Shown one piece after another: positions 1 through 9,078 of a stretch of 64,000 nt of DNA (within the stretch, counting starts at the first letter, position 1; every line of letters starts with the position of its first letter). The notes under the pieces were generated by a model. That model was not told the origin of the DNA. It searched no databases and saw only the letters and a program-made list of their open reading frames with translations. A program made the position numbers and the translations under genes. The stretch spans positions 1,760,001 through 1,824,000 of the forward strand of contig CAVYSW010000003.1 in NCBI GenBank assembly GCA_963771275.1, in the 5' to 3' direction. This DNA is from an uncultured Gemmatimonadales bacterium (GTDB lineage Bacteria; Gemmatimonadota; Gemmatimonadetes; Gemmatimonadales; GWC2-71-9).

Positions 1-1
1 C

Positions 2-109
2 GTGGCGCTGGCGCGGCGCCTGCTCGCGGCGTGGTACGCGCCGGGGCTCGTGGCCAAGCTCCGGGCCCTGCTCGGCCGTCACGTTGCGCGGGACCGGTCT
101 CCTCCATAA
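2..109 (+). CDS. 3' end of a CDS truncated by the window edge (unknown product)
   Basis: Open frame VALARRLLAAWYAPG...DRSPP* with GC-rich codon usage, ending TAA at 107-109. Confidence 0.5.
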   Translation: MALARRLLAAWYAPGLVAKLRALLGRHVARDRSPP

Positions 110-112
110 GCT
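84..112 (+). promoter_or_regulatory. Putative sigma70-type promoter of the transporter operon
   Basis: TTGCGC-17 nt-TAAGCT upstream of the CDS at 182. Confidence 0.4.
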
Positions 113-181
113 TGCGCCTCTGTTGCCCCGAGCCCGCCTGCGGCGGGCGATCCCACGCCCATCCCGACGGAGGCGCCCCCG

Positions 182-1732
182 GTGCAGCTCTTCGCACGCA
201 AGCCGGTTGACCAGCTCGAAGCCGAGGCCGAGGCGGGCTCCACCACGGGGCTGCGCCGCGCGCTCGGCAAGTGGGACCTCACCGCGCTCGGCGTGGGTGC
301 CATCATCGGGGCCGGGATCTTCGCCACCACCGGCTCGGCGATCGCCGGCGGCGGCTCGCACATCGGGGCCGGCCCCGCGATCGTGCTGTCGTTCCTGCTC
401 ACGGCGGTGGCCTGCGGGTTCGCGGCGCTGTGCTACGCCGAGTTCGCCGCGATGATCCCGATCTCCGGCTCGGCCTACACCTACTCCTACGCGGCCCTGG
501 GCGAGCTGATCGCGTGGATCATCGGCTGGGACCTGATCATCGAGTACGCCGTGGGGAACGTGGCGGTGGCGATCTCGTGGTCGGGGCACTTCCACGAGCT
601 GCTGCGCACCATCGGGCTCGAGCTGCCGGCCTGGCTGGTGACCGACTACCGCACGGCGCACCAGGCCGCCGCCCGGCTGGCGGAGGCGGTGGGGAGCGGG
701 GGCGGTGTCGACGCGGCCACCCAATACCTGGCGACCGCGGCCTCGGGGGCGCCGCACATCTTCGGCGTGCCGATCATCATGAACGTGCCGGCGGTGGCGA
801 TCGTGGCCCTGATCACCGCGCTGCTGGTCTACGGCATCCGCGAGTCGGCGACGTCGAACACCGCGATGGTGGTGCTCAAGGTCGGCATCATCGTGTTCTT
901 CATCGTCGTGGGGGCCACGTTCATCAAGCCGGCCAACTACACGGTGCACGGCGGGTTCGCGCCCAACGGCTGGAAGGGCATCTCCTCGGCGGCGGCGATC
1001 ATCTTCTTCGCCTACATCGGGTTTGACGCGGTCTCGACGGCGGCGGAGGAGGCGAAGAATCCCAGGAAGGACATGCCGTTCGGCATCATCGCGAGCCTGA
1101 TCCTCTGCACGGTCCTCTACATTCTCGTCGCACTGGTGATGACGGGCATGACGCCGTGGAACCAGCTCGACACGCCGGAGCCGATGCTCACGGCGCTGGC
1201 CGGCGCGAGCGGCAGCCCGCGGCTGGCGGCGGTTGCCCGGGTCGTGATCGCGATCGGCGCGGTGATCGCGATGACGTCGGTGCTGCTGGTGTTCCAACTC
1301 GGGCAGCCGCGGATCTTCTTCTCGATGGCGCGGGACGGCCTGCTGCCGCCGTGGGCCGCGAAGGTGCACCCGCGGTTCCGCACGCCGTACATCCCGACGA
1401 TCCTCACCGGCGTGTTCGTCGCCGTGTTCGCGGCGTTCGCCAACATCGACGAGGCGGTCGAGCTGACCAACATCGGGACGCTGTTCGCCTTCGTGCTGGT
1501 GGCGGCGGGGGTGCTGGTGCTCCGGGTCAAGGAGCCGGCGCGGGAGCGGCCGTTCCGGGTACCGGGCTCGCCGGTGACCCCGGCGATCGCGATCGTGGCC
1601 TGCTGCTACCTCATGCTCAAGCTCCCGGCGGTGACGTGGTGGCGGTTCTTCATCTGGCTCGCCATCGGCGCCGTGCTGTACTTCTCCTACGGCTACCGGC
1701 ACAGCCGGCTGAAGCGGCAGGCACAGCCATGA
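182..1732 (+). CDS. APC-family (cationic amino acid transporter-like) amino acid permease
   Basis: GVGAIIGAGIF, CYAEFA, GSAYTYSY and FFAYIGFDAVST motifs; many TM helices. Confidence 0.93.
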   Translation: MQLFARKPVDQLEAEAEAGSTTGLRRALGKWDLTALGVGAIIGAGIFATTGSAIAGGGSHIGAGPAIVLSFLLTAVACGFAALCYAEFAAMIPISGSAYTYSYAALGELIAWIIGWDLIIEYAVGNVAVAISWSGHFHELLRTIGLELPAWLVTDYRTAHQAAARLAEAVGSGGGVDAATQYLATAASGAPHIFGVPIIMNVPAVAIVALITALLVYGIRESATSNTAMVVLKVGIIVFFIVVGATFIKPANYTVHGGFAPNGWKGISSAAAIIFFAYIGFDAVSTAAEEAKNPRKDMPFGIIASLILCTVLYILVALVMTGMTPWNQLDTPEPMLTALAGASGSPRLAAVARVVIAIGAVIAMTSVLLVFQLGQPRIFFSMARDGLLPPWAAKVHPRFRTPYIPTILTGVFVAVFAAFANIDEAVELTNIGTLFAFVLVAAGVLVLRVKEPARERPFRVPGSPVTPAIAIVACCYLMLKLPAVTWWRFFIWLAIGAVLYFSYGYRHSRLKRQAQP

Positions 1733-3021
1733 AGCTCCACACCAAGATTCTGCTCGGCCTCGTGCTCGGCGCCGTGCTGGGCGTGAGCGCGAACCAGCTG
1801 CTGCCCGGCGCGGCGTGGGTGAAGTGGCTCGCCGACAACGTGCTGGGGCCCGTGGGGCAGGTATTTCTGCGGATGCTGCTCATGACCGTGGTGCCGCTGG
1901 TGTTCGCCTCGATCACGCTCGGCGTCTCCGGCATCGGCGACATCCGCAAGGTCGGGCGGGTCGGCGGAAAGGCGATCGGGTACTTCGTGATCTCGACGGC
2001 CATCTCGGCGACCATCGGGCTCCTGCTGGTGAACGCCGTGCAGCCCGGCGCGGGGATGGACACGGCCGTGCGGGAGCAGCTGTTCGCCACCTACCGGGGC
2101 CAGGCGGAGGGCCTGCAGGCGGGCGGGGCGAGCGCCTTCGGCATCGGCATGTTCGTCAACATGGTGCCGCGCAACCCGGTGCAGGCCGCCGCTAACATGG
2201 ATATGCTGGCGATCATCTTCTTCTCGATCGTCTTCGGCGCGGCGCTGACGCTGATCCCGCGCGAGCGGGCGGAGCCGATGGTGCGGCTGCTGGACGCGCT
2301 GGTCGAGGTGGTGATCAAGATCATCGACTTCGCCATGCGGCTCGCGCCGTACGGTGTGTTCGGGCTGATCTTCGTGGTGACGTCGAAGTTCGGCTGGAGC
2401 CTGCTGGGTCAGCTCGGGATCTACATCCTGGTGGTCGTGGTCGGCCTGCTGATCCACGGGGCGGTCACGATCTCGCTGCTGGTCAAGTTCCTCGGCGGCA
2501 TGAACCCGCTGACCTACTGGAAGCGGATCCGGCCGGCCCTGTTGACCGCGTTCTCCACCAGCTCGAGCAACGCCACGCTCCCCACGGCGATCTCGGTGGC
2601 GGAGAAGGAGCTGGGGGTGCCGCCCAAGATCGCGGGGTTCGTGCTGCCGATCGGCTCCACGATGTGCATGAACGGCACGGCGCTGTACGAGGGCGTCACG
2701 GTGCTGTTCCTGGCCCAGGTCTTCGGGATCGTGCTCACGATCCCGCAGCAGGTGATCGTGATCCTGCTCTCGGTGCTGATGGCGATCGGCGCGGCGGGTG
2801 TGCCGGGCGGGTCGCTGCCACTCTTGATGATCGTGCTGGGCATCGTGGGGATTCCGCCCGAGGCGATCGCGATCATCATCGGCGTGGACCGGCTGCTCGA
2901 CATGTGCCGCACCACGCTCAACGTGGCGGGGGACATCAGCGCCACGGTCTACGTGGCGCGGTCGGAGAGCCTCGCGGAGGCGCGCGCGGCGGCGCGGGGA
3001 ACGCTGGCCGGCCCCACCTGA
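1729..3021 (+). CDS. Dicarboxylate/amino acid:cation symporter (DAACS, GltP-like)
   Basis: AFSTSSSNATLP, MNGTALYE and DRLLDMCRTTLNV motifs; ATGA overlap with the upstream gene; start MKLHTKI. Confidence 0.93.
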   Translation: MKLHTKILLGLVLGAVLGVSANQLLPGAAWVKWLADNVLGPVGQVFLRMLLMTVVPLVFASITLGVSGIGDIRKVGRVGGKAIGYFVISTAISATIGLLLVNAVQPGAGMDTAVREQLFATYRGQAEGLQAGGASAFGIGMFVNMVPRNPVQAAANMDMLAIIFFSIVFGAALTLIPRERAEPMVRLLDALVEVVIKIIDFAMRLAPYGVFGLIFVVTSKFGWSLLGQLGIYILVVVVGLLIHGAVTISLLVKFLGGMNPLTYWKRIRPALLTAFSTSSSNATLPTAISVAEKELGVPPKIAGFVLPIGSTMCMNGTALYEGVTVLFLAQVFGIVLTIPQQVIVILLSVLMAIGAAGVPGGSLPLLMIVLGIVGIPPEAIAIIIGVDRLLDMCRTTLNVAGDISATVYVARSESLAEARAAARGTLAGPT

Positions 3022-3140
3022 GCGCGGCCGCTCACCGGAGCAGCGTTTTTCCGAGCATAACGCTTGCCTTTTTCGGACCTGGTGGTTGTCCCACGGGTAG
3101 CGCATACTGTGTTCGGGCGCTCCTCCGCCGAGAGGGGTCT

Positions 3141-5318
3141 ATGCGCGCGTGCTTCGTGTTGCCCTTCCTGCTCATCGCGACATCCACGGCCGTCGGGCAG
3201 ACGCTGGCGGACGCCGAGCGCCTGGTGGCGCGCGGCGACACGGCCGGCGCCGTCGCGGCGTTCGAGGCGCTGATCGCCAAGAACGAGCGGAACGCGCAAG
3301 CGCACTACCGCGCGGGTCTCCTCCGCCTGGCGCGCGCCCAGGACGACGGCCCGGTCAGCGAAGACCGCCGCAAGGGCGAGGCGCATCTGCGGTACGCCGC
3401 GCGGTTCTCGCCGGACAGCGCGCGGTACTGGCTGGCGCTCGCCGACTTCTTCCGGTCCCAGACCTTGATGACGCTGCGGGTGCAGGTGCCGCAACTGGTC
3501 GGGAACGCGCAGGAAGCGGCCGATCGGGCCGGCAACCCGGTGGAGATTGCGGACGCGGCGTACCGCGGGGCGCGGGTGGAACTGGACCGGTGGGAGCAAT
3601 ACGGGCGACGCTATACGAACGCGTCCGCCGGGACTCACGTGGTGATGCCGCCGATCGTCGCCGAGTGGAAGGACTGGGACACGTTCGCCACGATGCTGAT
3701 CCGCCCGGCGGCGCGCGACATGGGGTCCGGGTACCTCGCGGCCGCGGAGCAGAAGCTGCGCCACGGCCTGGAGACGCGCCCGGCCGACGGCCGGCTGCTC
3801 GGGTTGCTGGTGGTGGTGCTCGGCGAGCAGAACCGCTGGGCGCAGGCCGTGTCGCTGATGCGCCACGCCACGACGCTCGCGCCCGACAGCGGGCGGAACT
3901 GGGCGCTCCTCGGCCTGGCCCTGGCGCGCGGCAACCGCTGGCACGAGTCCCAGGAGGCCTTCCGGACGGCGCTCCAGCGGATGACGCCGGAGGAGCGTGC
4001 GCCGTACCGGGATATCGGCCAGATCATGCGTCGGGCCGACCGGCTCCGCTGGGAGGGGACGCCCTACGCCGCGCGCGAGGCGTTCGATTCGCTGTACTGG
4101 CGGACGGCCCAGCCGCTGGTGTTCACCGAGACGAACGAGCTGCAGGCGGAGTTCTACGCCCGGCTGACCTACGTCGAGCACCGCTGGACGGATCCGTGGC
4201 GGGGCTATCGCGGCTCCCTCACCGACATGGGCGCGGTGTACGTCTCCTACGGCCCGCCGGACGTCTGGGTGGTGCTGGGGGATGATGGCCCCGCGCAGGC
4301 GATCGCCTGGTTGTACCGGGTGCCGAAGTTCCGCTTCGTGTTCACCCAGATGCAGGGCTACGCGCATGCGTACTTCGTCGACGACAGCAAGGAAGCGCTG
4401 CGCGTGGACCGGATCCTGAGCCCGGCGCGGTTCGACAACGTCCCGGTATACCGGGCGATGGACACGATTCCGGTGCAGGCGGCGCAGTTCCGCGGGCCGG
4501 GCGATTCCACCGCGATCGCCGTGTTCGGCGCGGTGCCGTTGCGCCGCATGACGGCCTCGCTGCCGCTCGTGACGGTGCCGCTCGTGTCGGGGGCCTTGCT
4601 GCAGAACCAGCGCGGCGTCGAGCTGCTGCGGGACCGGCGCACCGAGACGGTCCGCATCACGGGTGAAACGCCCGCCGTCCAGCACCGCAGCTGGCGGCTC
4701 ACGATCGGCCCGGGCGAGTACGTGCTGCGGGTGGAGGCCCACGTCCCGGCCCTCGACCGGGCGGCGCGCGGCGTGCGGCCCTTCGCGGTGCGGAGCTTCT
4801 GGGGCTCGTGGCTGATGCTGTCGGACTTGCTGGTCGCGGGGCGGGTCGCGCCGCGGGATTCCACCGCCGCCCGGTGGAGTGACTACCTGATCGAGCCGAA
4901 CGGCGGCTGGTTCACGCCGGGGCAGTCGGTGGGGTTGCTGTGGGAGATCTACAACCTCGTGCCCAACGACGCCGGCCAGGTGTCCTACACGGTGGACCTC
5001 CGGTTCACGATCGAGTCCCTCACGCGGCGCAACATCTTCGCGCAAATCGCGGGCGGGATCGCGGACGCGGTGGGGCTCACGGCCGAGGGGGACAACCGGA
5101 TCGCGCTGCACTACACCCACACGGCGGACGCGACGCCCAGCCGCGTGAACGTCGAATACCTCACGGTGAACCTGAAAGATGCGCCCGAAGGGGTCTACAC
5201 GATCGAGGTGGAAGTGACGGATCTCCGCACCGGCGGGTCGGTCGTCCGGCGCCAGGTGATCCACGTCGACCGGGCCCCGCCGGTGCGCTGCGACCCGTGC
5301 CCGGATCGGGTGCCCTAG
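3141..5318 (+). CDS. Secreted TPR + GWxTD-like domain protein
   Basis: Signal peptide MRACFVLPFLL; TPR-like helices; EFYARLTYVEHRW...GSLTDMGAVYVSYGPPD is a GWxTD-type motif; beta-rich C-terminus. Confidence 0.75.
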   Translation: MRACFVLPFLLIATSTAVGQTLADAERLVARGDTAGAVAAFEALIAKNERNAQAHYRAGLLRLARAQDDGPVSEDRRKGEAHLRYAARFSPDSARYWLALADFFRSQTLMTLRVQVPQLVGNAQEAADRAGNPVEIADAAYRGARVELDRWEQYGRRYTNASAGTHVVMPPIVAEWKDWDTFATMLIRPAARDMGSGYLAAAEQKLRHGLETRPADGRLLGLLVVVLGEQNRWAQAVSLMRHATTLAPDSGRNWALLGLALARGNRWHESQEAFRTALQRMTPEERAPYRDIGQIMRRADRLRWEGTPYAAREAFDSLYWRTAQPLVFTETNELQAEFYARLTYVEHRWTDPWRGYRGSLTDMGAVYVSYGPPDVWVVLGDDGPAQAIAWLYRVPKFRFVFTQMQGYAHAYFVDDSKEALRVDRILSPARFDNVPVYRAMDTIPVQAAQFRGPGDSTAIAVFGAVPLRRMTASLPLVTVPLVSGALLQNQRGVELLRDRRTETVRITGETPAVQHRSWRLTIGPGEYVLRVEAHVPALDRAARGVRPFAVRSFWGSWLMLSDLLVAGRVAPRDSTAARWSDYLIEPNGGWFTPGQSVGLLWEIYNLVPNDAGQVSYTVDLRFTIESLTRRNIFAQIAGGIADAVGLTAEGDNRIALHYTHTADATPSRVNVEYLTVNLKDAPEGVYTIEVEVTDLRTGGSVVRRQVIHVDRAPPVRCDPCPDRVP

Positions 5319-5366
5319 CGCCCGACCCCTGCGGGCCCACCTGCGCACGGGCCGGCCGGGCGTGCG

Positions 5367-6614
5367 CTACTCGTAGCGCAGCGACTCGATGGGGTCGATC
5401 GCGGCCGCGCGGCGGGCGGGCAGGATGCCGGCCATGAGGCCGATGGCGACGAGGATCGAGACGCAGCCCAGGGCGATGGGCCACGAGAGGACCGGGTTGG
5501 CGATGTACTGCATGGCCTCGTTGCCGTCGGACGGCAGCGCGTTGACGCCGAACACCACCAGCGCCGCCACTCCCAGCCCGAAGCCGCCGCCCAGCAGCGC
5601 GATCAGCAGGGCCTCGAACACGAACTGCGCCACGATGTGGGGCCGGCGGGCTCCGACGGCGCGCTTGATGCCGATCTCGCGCGTCCGCTCCCGTACCACC
5701 ACGTACATGATGTTGGCGACGCCCACGCCGGCCACGATCAGCGTGAACGCGCCGACCAGCCCGAGGAAGATCTGGATGCCGAGGCCGATGGCGTCGGTCT
5801 CCTTCTGATCCGCGATGAAGTCCCACATCGCCAGGGCGCGCTGGTCGGTGGGGTCGAACCGGTACTTGCTGCCCAGCACGCGATACAGCTGCTGCTTGAC
5901 GTAGCCCGCGTCCTCCACCGAGCGCGGCCGGATCAGCAGGTGCTCCACATAGCGGGGGCCGTAGATCGCCTTGAGCGTGGACGCGGGGATGATCGCGCGG
6001 TCCTCGTCGGGGCCGTTGTTGCTGGAATCCTGGAACTTGGGCGCCATCACGCCCACGACGGTGAACGGCAGGCCGTCCACGATCACGGTCCGGCCGACGG
6101 GGTCGGCCGTGCCGAACAGGCGCTCGGCCAGCTTGTTGCCGAGGAACACGACGCGGCGGCGGCGGTCCACGTCCTCGCGGTTGATGAACCGCCCGCCCGC
6201 GGCGGGAAACACGCGCCGCATCTCCGAGAACTCGGGGACCACGCCCTCCATGTAGGTCGTGGTCTTCTGGTCCCCCACCTTGAGGCTCGTGCCCCAGCGG
6301 CCGTAGGACGGGCTCCCCATCTCGATCTCGGGGGTCGAGCGCTCGAGCAGCGCGAGGTCGTCCTCGGTGAGGCGAATGCGCCGGCCGGTGGGCAGGCCCT
6401 CGAACTCGCGGCTGGTGGTGCCGCCGTACACCATGAAGATCCGCTCACCCGCGTTGAGCAACCCGGCGGTGAGCGTTTGCTTCAGGCCCTCGCCGAACGA
6501 CAGCAGCAGCACAATGGCGATGGTGCCCCAGGTCATGGCGAACATCGTGAGCCCGGCCCGCAGCTTCTGGGTCTTGAGGTCGCCGAAGAACTCCTCGAGC
6601 AGGATCTTCCACAT
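5367..6614 (-). CDS. ABC transporter permease (MacB/FtsX family)
   Basis: GVGVANIMYVVVRERTREIGIKRAVGA and PARRAAAIDPIESLRYE motifs; start MWKILLEEF. Confidence 0.92.
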   Translation of the reverse strand: MWKILLEEFFGDLKTQKLRAGLTMFAMTWGTIAIVLLLSFGEGLKQTLTAGLLNAGERIFMVYGGTTSREFEGLPTGRRIRLTEDDLALLERSTPEIEMGSPSYGRWGTSLKVGDQKTTTYMEGVVPEFSEMRRVFPAAGGRFINREDVDRRRRVVFLGNKLAERLFGTADPVGRTVIVDGLPFTVVGVMAPKFQDSSNNGPDEDRAIIPASTLKAIYGPRYVEHLLIRPRSVEDAGYVKQQLYRVLGSKYRFDPTDQRALAMWDFIADQKETDAIGLGIQIFLGLVGAFTLIVAGVGVANIMYVVVRERTREIGIKRAVGARRPHIVAQFVFEALLIALLGGGFGLGVAALVVFGVNALPSDGNEAMQYIANPVLSWPIALGCVSILVAIGLMAGILPARRAAAIDPIESLRYE

Positions 6615-6616
6615 GG

Positions 6617-7849
6617 TCAGTGCCGCAGGCACTCGACCGGATCGAGCGCCGCCGCGCGCCGGGCCGGGAAGAATCCGGCGAGGACGCCGATCCCCGCGAG
6701 CAGCACGAGGGTCACGAGGATCACGACCGGCGAGATCGTCGGCGTGCCGACGAAGTCCTGCATCGGGACGAGGCCCAAGAGCTTGACGATGCCCCACGAG
6801 CCGACGAAGCCGAGCACGGCGCCGACCCCCACGACCATCAGGCTCTCGGCGAAGAACTGGGCGAGGATGGTGCGGCGGGTGGCGCCCACCGAGCGCTTGA
6901 GGCCGATCTCGCGGGTGCGCTCCTTGACCACGATGTACATGATGTTCGCGACGCCGATGCCGCCCACCGTGAGCGTGAAGCTGCCGACGATGGCGAAGAA
7001 GGCGTTGAAGGCGAGGAACAGGTAGCTGAACTGCTGCTCCCAGTAGGACGTGTCCCACACCTGGAGGGCGTCGGTGTCCTTGGGATCGAAGGTGTAGCGG
7101 CGTCCCAGCGTCTCGTAGACACGACGCTCGACGTCCTTCGCGATTTCGGGCCCAGTCAGGCGGTAGACGAAGTCGGCGACCCAGCGATCGCCGAACAGGG
7201 CGACGTGCGTGCTCGCCGGGATGAACACGCGGTCCTTGTCGCGGCCGTTGTAGGACGAGTTCTGCGTCTTGGGGCGCATCACCCCGACCACCGTGAACGG
7301 CGTCTGGCCGAGGAAGATCTGGCCGCCGACGGGGTTCGCGGTGCCGAACAGCAGGGTCGCGAGCTCGTCCCCCAGCACGGCGACGCGGCGGCGCTCGTCG
7401 AGGTCCCGCTGATTGAGGAACCGGCCGCCCGTGTCGGCGATGATGTTGCGCATGTCGCCGTAGACGGGGTAGACGCCGGTGATGTTCGGGTTGGCGGACT
7501 TGGTCCCGCGCCGCACCGGCGTGCGGCGGTTGCTGTACTCGGGGCTCAGACTCACGATCTCGGGAATCTGGCGCTGGAGCAGAGGGCCGTCGTCCTCGCG
7601 CAACTGGATGTAGCGGCCTTCCGGGAACCCCTCGAAGCTGATGGTCGTCCGGCCGCCGAACAGGATCACGATGCGGTCGCCCAGCCCGTGGAACCGCTTG
7701 CGCGTCTGGCGCTCGAGGCCGACGCCGAACGCCAGCAGCACGACGACCGCGATCGTCCCCCACGCGATGCCGAGCACCGTGAGGGTGGTGCGCAGCCGTT
7801 GCGCCTTGAGGTCGGCCACGAACTCGCGGAACGCCGTGCCGAGCTGCAT
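6617..7849 (-). CDS. ABC transporter permease (MacB/FtsX family)
   Basis: GGIGVANIMYIVVKERTREIGLKRSVGA and PARRAAALDPVECLRH motifs. Confidence 0.92.
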   Translation of the reverse strand: MQLGTAFREFVADLKAQRLRTTLTVLGIAWGTIAVVVLLAFGVGLERQTRKRFHGLGDRIVILFGGRTTISFEGFPEGRYIQLREDDGPLLQRQIPEIVSLSPEYSNRRTPVRRGTKSANPNITGVYPVYGDMRNIIADTGGRFLNQRDLDERRRVAVLGDELATLLFGTANPVGGQIFLGQTPFTVVGVMRPKTQNSSYNGRDKDRVFIPASTHVALFGDRWVADFVYRLTGPEIAKDVERRVYETLGRRYTFDPKDTDALQVWDTSYWEQQFSYLFLAFNAFFAIVGSFTLTVGGIGVANIMYIVVKERTREIGLKRSVGATRRTILAQFFAESLMVVGVGAVLGFVGSWGIVKLLGLVPMQDFVGTPTISPVVILVTLVLLAGIGVLAGFFPARRAAALDPVECLRH

Positions 7850-7853
7850 CGGC

Positions 7854-8951
7854 CTACTTGATCTCGCGGGGCGGGGGCTCGACGAGCCGGTCGCCGTCGG
7901 CCAGCCCCTCGAGCACCTGGACGTTGATCGCGTCGCTCAAGCCCAGCTTGACGACGCGCTCCTCGCGCCGGCCGTCGGGAAGCAGCACGGTCACGCGGGC
8001 GGTGTCGCCCGTCATCGTGACGACGCGCTCGGGGATCGTGAGCACGCTGTCGCGCCGCTCGACGATCACGTCGGCGTTGGCGGAGTAGCCGGCGCGCAGC
8101 GTGGTCCCGTGGGTTTCCGTCAGCGCGATCTCGACCGGAAAGACGGTCGCGTTGTTCTCGGTCTTGGCCTTGAGCGAGATGCGGGTGAGCCGGCCTGCGA
8201 TCTTGGCGTCGGGCTGCGCGCCGATCTTGAGCTCGACCGGCATGCCCTCGTGGAGGCGGCCCACGTCGATCTCGTCCACCGTGCCGCGGAACATCAGGGT
8301 CGTCATCTCCGCCATCTTGATCAGGGCGGTGCCTTCCTGATACGTGCTGAGCGGAACGACCGGGTCGCCCACCTCGACGGCGTACTCGAGGATGTAGCCG
8401 TCGATCGGAGAGCGGATCACCGTCTCGAGGGCCCCCCGGCCGGTGTCAATCCGCCCCTCTTCCATGAGCGAGAGCCGCTCGGCGGCGATCTGGCGCTGGA
8501 TCTGGACCTGCTCGAACCGCTGCTTCGTGGCCAGGTAGTCCTGCTCCGACACCAGCCCCTGCGTGCGCAGGGTCTCGTTGCGATCGAGCTCGAGCCTGAG
8601 GTTGTTGACCTCGAGGTCGCGCAGCTGGATCTGGCGGCGGGCATCGGCGAGCTCGAGCGGGGTCGGCGTCGGCTTGATCTCGATGAGCGGGGTCCCGGCG
8701 CGCACGAACGCCCCCTCCTCGGCAAAGCGCCGCTGGACGACGCCGCTGACCTGCGACTTGACGCTGATCTCGACCTCGGGCTCGATCGTGCCGACCGCGA
8801 GGGCCTTGTCCACGATGCTGGCCCGTGTGACGGTCACCGTCTTGAGCGAGGCGTCGTCTCCCTTGCCGCCGGCGGCGCGGAGGGCCGACACGCCACCCAC
8901 GACGACGGCGACGGCGACGATCCCCAGGATGATCTTGGTACGGCGCTTCAT
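7854..8951 (-). CDS. Efflux periplasmic adaptor (MacA/HlyD-type membrane fusion protein)
   Basis: N-terminal TM anchor, GTIEPEVEISVKSQVSG, coiled coil, IRSPIDG, VLTIPERVV, GLADGD. Confidence 0.9.
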   Translation of the reverse strand: MKRRTKIILGIVAVAVVVGGVSALRAAGGKGDDASLKTVTVTRASIVDKALAVGTIEPEVEISVKSQVSGVVQRRFAEEGAFVRAGTPLIEIKPTPTPLELADARRQIQLRDLEVNNLRLELDRNETLRTQGLVSEQDYLATKQRFEQVQIQRQIAAERLSLMEEGRIDTGRGALETVIRSPIDGYILEYAVEVGDPVVPLSTYQEGTALIKMAEMTTLMFRGTVDEIDVGRLHEGMPVELKIGAQPDAKIAGRLTRISLKAKTENNATVFPVEIALTETHGTTLRAGYSANADVIVERRDSVLTIPERVVTMTGDTARVTVLLPDGRREERVVKLGLSDAINVQVLEGLADGDRLVEPPPREIK

Positions 8952-9028
8952 GGCGGACGATTCCGGATGGATGGCGATTTTCCCTACGGGTCCCCCCGCC
9001 CGGATGTTTCGCCCGTCCGGCGTGCCCG

Positions 9029-9057
9029 ATGACAGGTGCCGTCCGCCCCGGTACAAT
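9029..9057 (+). promoter_or_regulatory. Putative sigma70-type promoter
   Basis: ATGACA-17 nt-TACAAT, followed by an AAGGAGG RBS before the ATG at 9079. Confidence 0.5.
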
Positions 9058-9078
9058 CCGGGAAAGGAGGTCGTGTCC